Shown piece by piece: positions 13,103 through 22,900 of a DNA stretch of 64,000 nt. The stretch covers positions 178,448 through 242,447 of the forward strand of contig CAYMIL010000001.1 of assembly GCA_964390845.1 (NCBI GenBank), written 5' to 3'. Made by a program: the position numbers and the translations under genes. Every line of letters begins with the position of its first letter. Positions within the stretch are counted from its first letter, which is position 1. The notes beneath the pieces were generated by a model. It had not been told where the DNA came from. It saw only the letters and a list, made by a program, of their open reading frames with translations, and searched no databases. The stretch comes from an uncultured Candidatus Saccharibacteria bacterium. Its GTDB lineage: Bacteria > Patescibacteriota > Minisyncoccia > Phycocordibacterales > CALRHW01.

Positions 13103-15386
13103 ATTTTGCCACAGCAGCTGCTTCTTCAAATTGAATCGAGAGAAGTTTTGATATACCAGTGGAGCTCATCGTTACACCGTAGAGAATTCCTGCTCGCGAC
13201 ATCGTCTCTCGGTTGTGTGTAATCAAAATAAGCTGAGAATACTTTGAGAGATTTTCGATCATATCGCCATACTTACGTGAGTTTGCTTCATCGAGCGCGG
13301 CATCTGTCTCGTCGAGAATAATAAACGGTGGTGGATTGACCTGAGAAATCGCAAAAAGGAGTGCGATAGAGGTAAGCGCACGCTCGCCACCAGAGAGCAT
13401 AACAAGGCCTTTTACTTTTTTTCGAGGCAAACTCACCTCAATATCAACACCCTCGGCCTCCTCTTCTTCCGGCACTGGCGTCTCAGCGTCCATCGCAAGA
13501 ACACTTGAGAGGTCAGTATCTGTATCGACGCCACGACGACGCTTTTTCTCACGCACAACAGAGAGCGACGCATGACCACCACCAAACATAAGCGCAAAAA
13601 ATTGCTGAAATTGAGCGTTAATTTTTTCAACACCACTCTTAAATTCGGTTGTGAGTTTTTCATCAAGCTCAACAATGAGTTGCTTGAGCGATGAGGCCGA
13701 TGTTTGCAAATCCGCAAGCTCTCGCGCGAGGAACGCGTCGCGCTCACTCACCTCGCGATACTCTTTCATAATATCCTCGCCCGCGCCGCCGCCCGCATCT
13801 TCGATGCGGATTTTGATCTTTTCTATAGTGCGGCGGCGCTCTTCTTGCGCGCTCCGCGGCTCAGGCCCAGACGCAAATTCATCAACACTGCGAGTAATCT
13901 CGTGGGAGGCAAAATCCAACACCGCCCGCCCAATCAACACCGCCGCCTCCTGTAATTCCCTCTTAAAGTCTTCTTCCTCAAGACGAACACGGTCCTCCTG
14001 CGCCTGCAATGTATGCACGTGAGAAAGTATCTCTTGCTGTTTTGCCATCAACGTAAACATTTGTCGCTCAGCCTCACGGTTTGTATCTTTTTCACGCTCA
14101 ATAGCGGCACGGAGTTCGTTGTATTCAAGCTGAAGTGTCGCCTCTTCTGAAGAAAGACCACGCGCAGATTCTTCAAACTTCTTTTTCTGCGTACGAAGCT
14201 CTTCAAGATGTTCCTCAGACTCCTTTACGAGCGCGCTCTGTTTCTCGCTTTTATGTTTTGAAATAAAGCCCGAGACGATAGTGCGGACAGTATTCACAAA
14301 TGCACGAAGCGTGCCAATATCTGCGGAGCTTTCCACATCGCGCGCTTGTCGTGCGACCTCATCCGCCATATCCTCCACATCGCGAAGGCGTACCATATTG
14401 CCCTCATCAGACTGCGCAAGTTCTTTTTGTTTTTTGATAATACGTTCTTCGGATGCAATTTCACCTTCGATACGTCCGAGGTCGCGCACGAGCGCATCTC
14501 GACGCTCACGCACCGAGCGAATCTTCTCCTCAAGACCGATCACCTCCATACTCTTTGTATCTTTCCCAGACGAGCGTTCAAGTGTTGCTTTTGCTGCGGT
14601 GAGTTCTTTTTCTATAGAATGCAATGCATCTTCATACGGACCACGCTGTTGCTTGTATGACTCTTTTGTTGCTCGAATATATGCATCCTCTCGTTTGAAA
14701 TATTCTGCATACAACACTCGCAACTCTTCTTTTAGCTGAAGTGTTTTTTCTACTTTCTCAACCTGCTTTTTTAAGAAACGCAGATGAGGTGCAACTTCTT
14801 TGCGAAGCGACTCAACAGATGCAATATTCTCTTCTGTCTTCTCGAGCTTCCGCTCGCTCTCTTGGCGTTTGTACTGATAAATCTTGAGTCCGAGCGCATC
14901 TTCTATCATCGCGCGTCGCTCACGCAGATTTGCATTGAGAATACGGTCGGCCTCACCTTGAGAGATGATATGGTGACCTGACGATCCAATGTGCGCCCCA
15001 GCAAGAAGTTCAACAATATCTTTGAGACGCACCTGACTACCGTTGATGAAGTATTCATTGACAGAATCTCGATGAACGACACGCTCAATAGCAACCTCAT
15101 CAAAATCCATCGCGAGAAATCGACGCGTGTTATCGAATACAACTTTCACCGACGCGCGGTTTGAGCGCGCAACTTCAGGACTTCCATTGAAAATAAGATC
15201 TTCACCTTTTTTTCCACGAAGTGATTTTATGGACTGCTCACCAAGCACAAAACGAAAAGCTTCTGCGATGTTAGATTTTCCAGAACCGTTTGGTCCGACA
15301 ATTGCAGAAATTGCAGATGTGAATTCAAGGTTGCTTTTTTTGGCAAACGACTTAAAACCAGTAATTTCCAAACTTTTCAGATACAT
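13101..15386 (-). CDS. smc: Short SMC-family ATPase (761 aa)
   Basis: GFKSF, Walker A GPNGSGKSN, signature LSGGE, Walker B ILDETDAALD, ITH; coiled-coil middle. Confidence 0.9.
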   Translation of the reverse strand: MYLKSLEITGFKSFAKKSNLEFTSAISAIVGPNGSGKSNIAEAFRFVLGEQSIKSLRGKKGEDLIFNGSPEVARSNRASVKVVFDNTRRFLAMDFDEVAIERVVHRDSVNEYFINGSQVRLKDIVELLAGAHIGSSGHHIISQGEADRILNANLRERRAMIEDALGLKIYQYKRQESERKLEKTEENIASVESLRKEVAPHLRFLKKQVEKVEKTLQLKEELRVLYAEYFKREDAYIRATKESYKQQRGPYEDALHSIEKELTAAKATLERSSGKDTKSMEVIGLEEKIRSVRERRDALVRDLGRIEGEIASEERIIKKQKELAQSDEGNMVRLRDVEDMADEVARQARDVESSADIGTLRAFVNTVRTIVSGFISKHKSEKQSALVKESEEHLEELRTQKKKFEESARGLSSEEATLQLEYNELRAAIEREKDTNREAERQMFTLMAKQQEILSHVHTLQAQEDRVRLEEEDFKRELQEAAVLIGRAVLDFASHEITRSVDEFASGPEPRSAQEERRRTIEKIKIRIEDAGGGAGEDIMKEYREVSERDAFLARELADLQTSASSLKQLIVELDEKLTTEFKSGVEKINAQFQQFFALMFGGGHASLSVVREKKRRRGVDTDTDLSSVLAMDAETPVPEEEEAEGVDIEVSLPRKKVKGLVMLSGGERALTSIALLFAISQVNPPPFIILDETDAALDEANSRKYGDMIENLSKYSQLILITHNRETMSRAGILYGVTMSSTGISKLLSIQFEEAAAVAK

Positions 15387-15428
15387 ATATGGCTAAGAAT
15401 ATCATTGATTCGTGTCGTGCAGAATATA

Positions 15429-15515
15429 TTGACTTTTCATTAAAATATGATATTATTATATTACTACCTTGAGGTGATCCTCTCGGTATGTTCTTTTACT
15501 TCATTCTAGGAGGTG
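15429..15515 (+). promoter_or_regulatory. Promoter + hairpin + boxA-like motif + SD for the orphan gene at 15520
   Basis: TTGACT-16-TATTAT; stem TACC/GAGG..CCTC/GGTA at 15465-15488; TGTTCTTTTACT at 15489-15500; AGGAGGT. Confidence 0.65.
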
Positions 15516-15519
15516 GTCC

Positions 15520-16506
15520 ATGACCACGCAACAGATTGCTGGCGCCGTGCGCGTCAAGACGATCGTGATTCAGCACGCTCCCCGGCTCGACAGCCTTGGA
15601 GCCCTCTTCCTCATCCAGCGCACGCGCGCTGGTGAGAAGGCGTTCCCTGGTTGCAAGGATGCCACTATCGAGTTCTGGGGAACCGGAACTGCCAGTGGTG
15701 GCAAGAAGCGCTGGCAGGAGAACCTCAAGGAGGGTGTTCTCATGCTCGGCGTCGGCGGAAGTCCGTTTGACGAGCATCCGAGCGCCGAGTTTGGCGACCG
15801 GAAGAAGGAGCAGAAGTCCACGATGAAGCTTGTGGCGGAACACCTTCATCTGGACAAGGATCCGCTCTTCAAGCGCTTGGTGGACAACGTCACCAAGAAC
15901 GACCTCGAGGGCGCCCAAGGACCTCTGGACCTGAGCAACATCGTGAAAGCGATGCACAGGTCTGGTGGCAACAACCCTGAGAACGTCATCGGGTTTGCAT
16001 TCGAGGCGTTTGACGCCCTGCTCGGCGAGCAGCATCAGTTTCTGCTCGCCTGCAAGGAGGTTGAGTCGGCGGCGTGGCGCAGGACAATCACCTGCGGAAA
16101 TCGGAAGCTCGACATCGAGCTCATCTGCTCAGACAACACCCTCGTCGCCAGAGCAGCAAGGCACCTCAACAACCGCCTTGCGGTCCTGATTCAGGTGCGC
16201 GCGAGTGGGAGAACTCAGATTCTCACCAACGCCAAGTGCGGTCTCTGCATGAGCAAGGTCGCCTCGGCACTGCGTCGCGCCGAACTCACCAAGATGGGGA
16301 TGCCCTCGTCTGAGATCGAGAAGATCGGCGAGCGCATGAGCGCTCCAGGGCAGCTCAAGGAGATTCCGACCTGGTGTTATCAGATGCCAGGAGAGAACCT
16401 CCTGAACGGCTCCGAGACCGCTCGAGACGTCGAGCCGACCCACCTCAAGGTGGAAGAAGTCTTCGAGATCATCTGCGCGAACATCATGTTCAAGCAGAAG
16501 GATTGA
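15520..16506 (+). CDS. GC3-rich orphan; distant MYG1/DHH-like protein
   Basis: Long ORF with strong SD; HAPRLDS and LGVGGSPFDEH resemble MYG1 motifs (HxDE; DVGG..FDHH). Confidence 0.75.
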   Translation: MTTQQIAGAVRVKTIVIQHAPRLDSLGALFLIQRTRAGEKAFPGCKDATIEFWGTGTASGGKKRWQENLKEGVLMLGVGGSPFDEHPSAEFGDRKKEQKSTMKLVAEHLHLDKDPLFKRLVDNVTKNDLEGAQGPLDLSNIVKAMHRSGGNNPENVIGFAFEAFDALLGEQHQFLLACKEVESAAWRRTITCGNRKLDIELICSDNTLVARAARHLNNRLAVLIQVRASGRTQILTNAKCGLCMSKVASALRRAELTKMGMPSSEIEKIGERMSAPGQLKEIPTWCYQMPGENLLNGSETARDVEPTHLKVEEVFEIICANIMFKQKD

Positions 16507-16533
16507 GAAGGTCACTCCAACAGAATGAAGAAC

Positions 16534-16564
16534 GGCCCCCGTATGTATGGGGGCCTTTCTTTTT
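16534..16564 (+). terminator. Intrinsic terminator
   Basis: GGCCCCC..GGGGGCC stem followed by a T-tract. Confidence 0.75.
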
Positions 16565-17255
16565 ACCAACCTTTCTTTTGAAGTGCTTTGCGAGCCGCCT
16601 CTTGTTCGGCGTCTTGCTTTGAATCACCCTCGCCAGACGCAACGAGCTCTTTACCAAGATACACACCGACAGTAAATCGTTTGTCGTGGTCGGGGCCAGT
16701 TTCTTTTGTTGTTTTATACGACGGCGTAACACCCTCTACTTCTTGTGCTTTTTCTTGAAACAAACTTTTTGAGTCAATCCATGAGCCCTTTGAGATGATG
16801 TCATCTGCAAGTGGAGTAAAGTTTTTATATATAAACGCACGAGCAGTCTCGTATCCTTGATCGCGGTACATCGCTCCGATAATAGCCTCGAGCGTGTTTG
16901 CCAAAATATATTGGCGAGCACGACCCACGTCCTTTGTCTCTCCTTTTGAAAGAAGCAAGAAGTCGTTGACCGACAGCGCGCTTGCAACTTGTGCGCACGT
17001 CGTTGCATTTACAAGCGCCGAGCGAATACTTGTCATGTGACCTTCACTTTTGTCAGGGTATGTTTCGTACAAATAATCTGTAATCACAAGCTCAAGCACC
17101 GCATCTCCAAGAAACTCAAGGCGTTCGTTGTGCTCAAGACCAGAATCTTTGTTTTCATTAATATATGAACGATGAACAAACGCTTGCTTCAGCAAACTTT
17201 TATCACGAAATACAACACCGGATGTTGCTTCAAATTGTGAGAAATCAATAGACAT
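16563..17255 (-). CDS. rnc: Ribonuclease III
   Basis: HNERLEFLGDAVL, dsRBD GPDHDKRF..AEQEAA. Confidence 0.97.
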   Translation of the reverse strand: MSIDFSQFEATSGVVFRDKSLLKQAFVHRSYINENKDSGLEHNERLEFLGDAVLELVITDYLYETYPDKSEGHMTSIRSALVNATTCAQVASALSVNDFLLLSKGETKDVGRARQYILANTLEAIIGAMYRDQGYETARAFIYKNFTPLADDIISKGSWIDSKSLFQEKAQEVEGVTPSYKTTKETGPDHDKRFTVGVYLGKELVASGEGDSKQDAEQEAARKALQKKGW

Positions 17256-17257
17256 AC

Positions 17258-18172
17258 TTATGAGCGAACCTTTTCTGTTGATCCAAGCAATGCGTTGATT
17301 GCCTTGGTTACGATTGGCAGAATATCATTATAAAAATTGAGGTCAAGAATATCAGCGAGCTTAAACCATCGCACATCGTCGAGGCCACCACTTTCTTTGA
17401 GAGTAATATCTTGGAACGGGGATTCGGCGAGATAATAATTTACTTCTTTTTTAATTTTTCCTTTTTCTGGATCAAAGGCAATGTACCCATTGCTACCGAG
17501 ATTTTGCCCCACGGTAACATCAAGCCCAAGCTCTTCTTTAATAACCCGAGCAACACCCGGAACATCTTCTTCTGTTTCCTCAAGATGACCCTTTGAAAGC
17601 GTCCAGTGTCCAAAGACATCGTGCACAAGCGCGAGGTATACGTCTTCCCCTTGTCGCGCATATACTACCGCGCCGGCAAGCCTCTCCTTTGGAGCTTGAT
17701 CATCTGGAATATCTGGATGGCGCTTTCGCTTTGATGTTTCCTCTTTTCCGGGCTCACCCATTTCTTTGTAGACTGCGCCAAGTACGCCGTTTACAAACTT
17801 ACCGCTCGTCTCGCCACCAAATGTTTTTGCAAGCTCAATCGCCTCATTGATAGCCACCTTTGGAGGAACTTCTTTTCTATCAGCAAACAACAGCTCATAG
17901 AGCCCGATGCGCAAAATATTTCGGTCAACAATAGATATTTTTTCTATAGGCCAGTCTGGAGCCGCTTTTTCAATAATGGTATCGAGGTCCCGTTGCTTTG
18001 CGAGCACATTCTTCATGAGCGATTCCATAAACGAAAAATCGCCCATACCAGGAGCGAATTCCGCAACATTGCGAGCAAATACCTCCATAGCATCAGCTGA
18101 GCTCTTTTTGTTGAAATCCCACTCAAAGAGCGACTGCATGACTATTGATCTGGATAAGTGCCTGTTTGCCAT
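17258..18172 (-). CDS. nusB: NusB antitermination factor fused to a C-terminal Nudix-like domain
   Basis: DRNILRIG, AINEAIELAKTFG, KFVNGVLG; then WTLSKGHLEETE..ARVIKEELGL Nudix-box-like segment. Confidence 0.9.
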   Translation of the reverse strand: MANRHLSRSIVMQSLFEWDFNKKSSADAMEVFARNVAEFAPGMGDFSFMESLMKNVLAKQRDLDTIIEKAAPDWPIEKISIVDRNILRIGLYELLFADRKEVPPKVAINEAIELAKTFGGETSGKFVNGVLGAVYKEMGEPGKEETSKRKRHPDIPDDQAPKERLAGAVVYARQGEDVYLALVHDVFGHWTLSKGHLEETEEDVPGVARVIKEELGLDVTVGQNLGSNGYIAFDPEKGKIKKEVNYYLAESPFQDITLKESGGLDDVRWFKLADILDLNFYNDILPIVTKAINALLGSTEKVRS

Positions 18173-18222
18173 TGTCGTATATTGTATGTTGAGAACGTAC
18201 TACCCTACCCCACACTCACCAC

Positions 18223-18438
18223 TTACTTACTTGCTGTCTTCTTTTTGCTTTTCTTAGTTGCTTTCGCGACTGTATCAACTACAGTCTTGCCTTTGTATGT
18301 GCCACATTTTGCACACATTCGATGACTCATGCGAGGCGCACCGCACTGAGAGCACTTTGAAAGCGCGCCCATCTTGATTGCATGATGAGATCGGCGGTTT
18401 CCCGTATGGGATCGTGTGTGACGCATTCGTACTACCAT
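18223..18438 (-). CDS. rpmF: 50S ribosomal protein L32 (zinc-binding C4 type)
   Basis: RRSHH..CSQCG..HRMCAKCGTYKG; the start is internal to the longer listed ORF. Confidence 0.93.
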   Translation of the reverse strand: MVVRMRHTRSHTGNRRSHHAIKMGALSKCSQCGAPRMSHRMCAKCGTYKGKTVVDTVAKATKKSKKKTASK

Positions 18439-18486
18439 ATACGCAGGATTATATACAATTATGGAAAAAAGGCAACTTTTTACTAC

Positions 18487-18522
18487 AAAAAAATCCGCCG
18501 GACACGCTACAGCGCGCCCGGC
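18487..18522 (-). terminator. Intrinsic terminator of the orphan at 18542
   Basis: Minus-strand GCCGGGCGCGCT/AGCGTGTCCGGC stem (G-U pairs work only on this strand) plus a T-tract. Confidence 0.7.
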
Positions 18523-18541
18523 AGAAGGAGAGATTGACTCT

Positions 18542-19174
18542 CTACTTGAAGGTCTTGAGGGTCTTGGGGCAAAACCGCTTCCACTCCTCTCGACGTGAGT
18601 TGGCGAGAGGAAACGCCGACTGAACCTCGCGGGTGCCAGCAAACGAAAGCTTCTCGTCGGAGTGCCCGCACGCGACGATGATGCGCCCCTCTTTCGACAT
18701 GGACACATCAGCGAACGAACCGTCGACAGACACCGATCCGATGCACAGCGTAGTCGTGTCTTGGGTATCCAAGGAACGCCTAGGCAACTTGAAGTGCTTG
18801 GCATCCATGGCGACAACGCCGTACAGCAGAAGCGCCTCAAGCAGAGTGCACCCGCACACCTGCTGTTCGTTGAGCTCTCGCGCGCTCACGGGACAAATGT
18901 CTGGCCCAGGACTGCGCTTAAACGAAACCCTGTACGGACCATCACGCTCGGGGTGGCGGTGGTGCTCCATGTGCTGGTCGAAGCCAGCAAAGCACCACAC
19001 GGGCGCCATGCCGAGCGTTCGCAGACCCAGGTGCACCAGCTCCGAGCTGACACCTGGGCACACGTAGACATTCCACTGATCTTCTTCGTCTTCGATGAAC
19101 AGGTTGGGGACAAACATCACGCCCATTGCTTGGTACAACTTCTGCCACAGGCACAAGTAATGACCGGGCAACAT
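18542..19174 (-). CDS. GC3-rich orphan; C-terminus resembles CPR C-type-lectin-fold (DGR-target-like) proteins
   Basis: GGAGGTGA SD before ATG at 19174; TLLEALLL..LD..TLCIGS..DG..R motif pattern. Confidence 0.65.
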   Translation of the reverse strand: MLPGHYLCLWQKLYQAMGVMFVPNLFIEDEEDQWNVYVCPGVSSELVHLGLRTLGMAPVWCFAGFDQHMEHHRHPERDGPYRVSFKRSPGPDICPVSARELNEQQVCGCTLLEALLLYGVVAMDAKHFKLPRRSLDTQDTTTLCIGSVSVDGSFADVSMSKEGRIIVACGHSDEKLSFAGTREVQSAFPLANSRREEWKRFCPKTLKTFK

Positions 19175-19272
19175 TATCACCTCCATCCATAGGGTGGCCC
19201 TAGCGGGCGGAATGGTTGTCTGCGACACGCGTCACAGTTCCAGATAAATTCTGCCACAAAAAGAAAAAACAA

Positions 19273-19878
19273 TCAAATAATGCGTTTGATGAAACTTCGT
19301 CGATGTATGTTGCAAGGGCCATGTCGCCTAATCTGTTGAATATGAGACGCGGTACCGTATCCTTTATGGGCATCAAAACCAAACAACGGATACTTGATTG
19401 CCAGACGCTCCATATATGTATCCCGATGTACCTTTGCAAGAATAGAAGCGAGGCCAATAACAGGCTCTTGTTCGTCGCCACGAATAATTGTCTTTTGCCG
19501 AAGAAAGGATGCTGGTGCACGCAAACCACCATCAAGCAAGACCACACATTCATCTGGTGCAATATTAAGTTTTCGGAGTATAGTACGTAGCGAACGTCCC
19601 ATTGCGTGTGCAATAGCCCTATTGATACCGATACGATCAATCACCGAAGGGCTCACAGAAGAAACTGCATACGCGCACGTCTGCTGTGCACGCGCAAGTC
19701 CCTTGAGTTTATTTTTCCAAACACGACGCTTTTGTGCAGAAAGCTGTTTTGAATCACGAATACCCTCAAAAAAGGAAGGGTTGATGTCTCGAGATACGCA
19801 GACAGCGCCCACAGTAACAGGGCCAGCAAGTGGCCCCCTTCCCACCTCATCAATTCCAATAATGTAGCGGTAGCTCAT
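19273..19878 (-). CDS. rnhB: Ribonuclease HII
   Basis: GIDEVGRGPLAGP, DSKQL, ASILAKVHRD, HKGYGT, HRRSF. Confidence 0.97.
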   Translation of the reverse strand: MSYRYIIGIDEVGRGPLAGPVTVGAVCVSRDINPSFFEGIRDSKQLSAQKRRVWKNKLKGLARAQQTCAYAVSSVSPSVIDRIGINRAIAHAMGRSLRTILRKLNIAPDECVVLLDGGLRAPASFLRQKTIIRGDEQEPVIGLASILAKVHRDTYMERLAIKYPLFGFDAHKGYGTASHIQQIRRHGPCNIHRRSFIKRII

Positions 19879-19913
19879 GGCTCTTTGCTATAATTTTATC
19901 ACACCCCATTTCT

Positions 19914-22900
19914 ATGAACCGATTCGTCCACCTCCACACCCACAGTCACTATAGTTTGCTCAATGCCCTACCTAAAATTTCCGATCTTATTGACGCTGCA
20001 AAAAAATATGAAATGCCTGCACTTGCGCTCACCGATAGCGGCAATCTCTATGGCGCAATTGAATTTTATAAGGACTGTAAAAAGGCGGGTATCAAACCCA
20101 TCATCGGCCTCGATGCGTATCTTGCGGTGCGTACGCGGCATGACAAACAAAGCGGCATCGACAACTCACGATTTCGCCTTGTCCTACTCGCAAAAAATGA
20201 GGTTGGGTACAAAAATCTTATACAACTTGTTACTGCTGGCTATCTTGAAGGTTTTTATTACAAGCCCCGCATCGACAAGGAACTTCTCAAACAATACGCC
20301 GAAGGGCTCGTGTGTATCGCCCCTTCTTTTTCAAGTGATATTGCGCTTGCGATAAAAGCTCACGACACGCAGAAAGCACGCGAACTCATAGAGTGGTACA
20401 CACGTATCTTTGGAACAGACAACTTCTTTATCGAAATCTCTCATCACCCTGAAGTACCTGGACACGAAGATACAATGAAGTCACTTGTTGCACTCGCGCG
20501 AGAAACACAGACCAACATCGTGGCGGCGCATGATGTCTACTACATTCACACCAAAGACAGACTCGCGCGAGAAACACTGATGTCCATACAAACAAGCGGA
20601 GACCGCGAGCGTATTTCTATGGAAGACATCGAGGAAGATTTTTCTTTCATTAGCCCAAAGGAAGCGGAAAAATATTTTAAGCATATTCCCGACGCACTCG
20701 ATAACACCCTACGTATCGCAGATATGTGCTCTCTTGAGCTTGAGCTTGGTAAATGGGTATTTCCCAACTATATCGTCGAGAGCGGACGGTCATACGATGA
20801 TGAGTTTAGGCACGTTGTCTACGAAGGTCTCGCGCGGCGCGGCATCGAACAAACACCTGAGGTAACCGAACGTATTGAATATGAATTAAAAGTGATTAAA
20901 GACAAAGGATATGCACCATACTTTCTTGTGGTGGCGGACCTTTTGAAATATGCGCACAAAAACAAAATCCTTACCACCATTCGAGGTTCGGTTGCAGGAT
21001 CGCTTGTGACATATCTTGCGCACATCACCAATGTAAATCCCCTCGTCTACAAATTGCCGTTTGAACGCTTTTTGAATCCAGAGCGACCATCTGCTCCCGA
21101 TATCGACATGGACTATGCCGACAACCGTCGCGATGAAATGATTGAGTACGCGAAGAGAAAATACGGAGCGGACAGAGTCGCACAGATCGGTACCTTCGGT
21201 ACAATGGCGGCGCGTGGCTCCGTGCGTGATGTAACACGAGCGCTCGGTCATCCGTATGGACTAGGCGACCGTATTGCAAAACTTATTCCAATGGGCGCGC
21301 AGGGTTTTCCGATGACCATCGACCGAGCGCTCGCCGAAGTGCCAGATCTCAAAAAAATGTACCGCGAAGAAAAAGAGGTTCGAGAGATTATTGATATGGC
21401 AAAAAAGATTGAAGGCGCGGCGCGGCACATTTCGGTGCATGCGGCCGGGGTCGTGATCGCGCCGCGCCCACTCACCGACTTCGTACCACTGCAATACGAC
21501 ACAAAAGGTGAGCAAAAAATTATCACGCAGTACGACATGCACTCCGTCGAAGACGCAGGCCTCCTTAAATTCGACTTCCTCGGTATCAAAAACCTTTCCA
21601 TACTCGCAGATGCTGTATCACTCGTAAAAAAAATCCTCGACATAGACATCGATATCGAAAACATCCCTGTCGACGACACAAAAACATTTGAAATGCTGGC
21701 GCGTGGAGAAACAATCGGCCTCTTCCAACTCAACGGTACCGGCATGACCCGTTTCCTCAAAGAACTCAAACCGACCCGTATCTTTGATATCAACGCGATG
21801 GTTGCCCTCTATCGCCCGGGCCCACTTGAATCCATCCCTCAATACATCGAACGTAAGCACAACCCAAGCCTTGTAACATATCTCGATCCTCGTCTCAAAG
21901 ATATTCTCGAGCAATCATACGGCGTTATCACCTACCAAGACGACGTTATGTTGATCGCCATCAAACTTGCCGGCTATTCGTGGCTTGAAGCAGACAAGCT
22001 CAGAAAAGCGATGGGTAAAAAGATTCCAGAAGAAATGGAGGCACAAAAAGGAAAACTTCTCGAAGGCTTCGTAAAAAATGGTTTGTCGCAAGAAAAAGCT
22101 GACACATTGTGGAAACTTATCGAGCCATTTGCCGCATATGGATTCAACAAAGCTCATGCCGCAAGCTACGGAAAAGTGGCGTACCAAACCGCATACATGA
22201 AAGCAAACTTCCCCGCTATTTACATGTCTGCAGTGCTCACCGCGGATTCGGGTGATGTAGAAAAAATCGCAGAAATTATTGCTGAATGTAAACGCATGAA
22301 CATCCCCGTCCTCTCTCCAGATATCAACGAAAGCTGGGGCGGATTCTCTGTTATCAGCAACGAGGGTGGCGTCGGCAAAGGCATCACCGAGGGTGGAGAC
22401 AAAATTCGTTTCGGTCTTTACACAATCAAAAACTTTGGCGAAGGTATTGCCGACTCCATCATTGCGGAGCGAAAAGCACACGGAAAATTTACATCTCTCG
22501 CCGACTTCCTCAACCGCATTAAAGATAAAAACCTCAATAAAAAATCTCTCGAATCTCTTATCAAAGCTGGTGCGATGGACGCGTTTGGCGAACGAGGACA
22601 AATGCTCGCAAACCTCGAACACCTGCTCGCCTTCAACAAAGAACAAAGCAAACATGGTGACGGGCAAGATTCTTTGTTTGGTCTGATGTCAGACACCTCA
22701 ACAATCCCAACACTCAAACTCGAACCTGCCCCCGAAGCTACTATGGCAGAAAGATTGCAATGGGAAAAAGAGTTGCTTGGTCTCTATCTTTCAGGACACC
22801 CTCTCGACAAGTTCCGCGACAAACTTGAGACAAAACAATTCAACATTAAAAAAATCCGAGAAGAAGCAACGGAAGGAATGACTATCGTTGTTGGTGGCAT

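Noticed and set aside
18223-18840. 205-aa ORF extending L32 upstream
   Set aside because: The extension crosses a terminator and another gene; the true start is ATG 18438, right after a -10 box.
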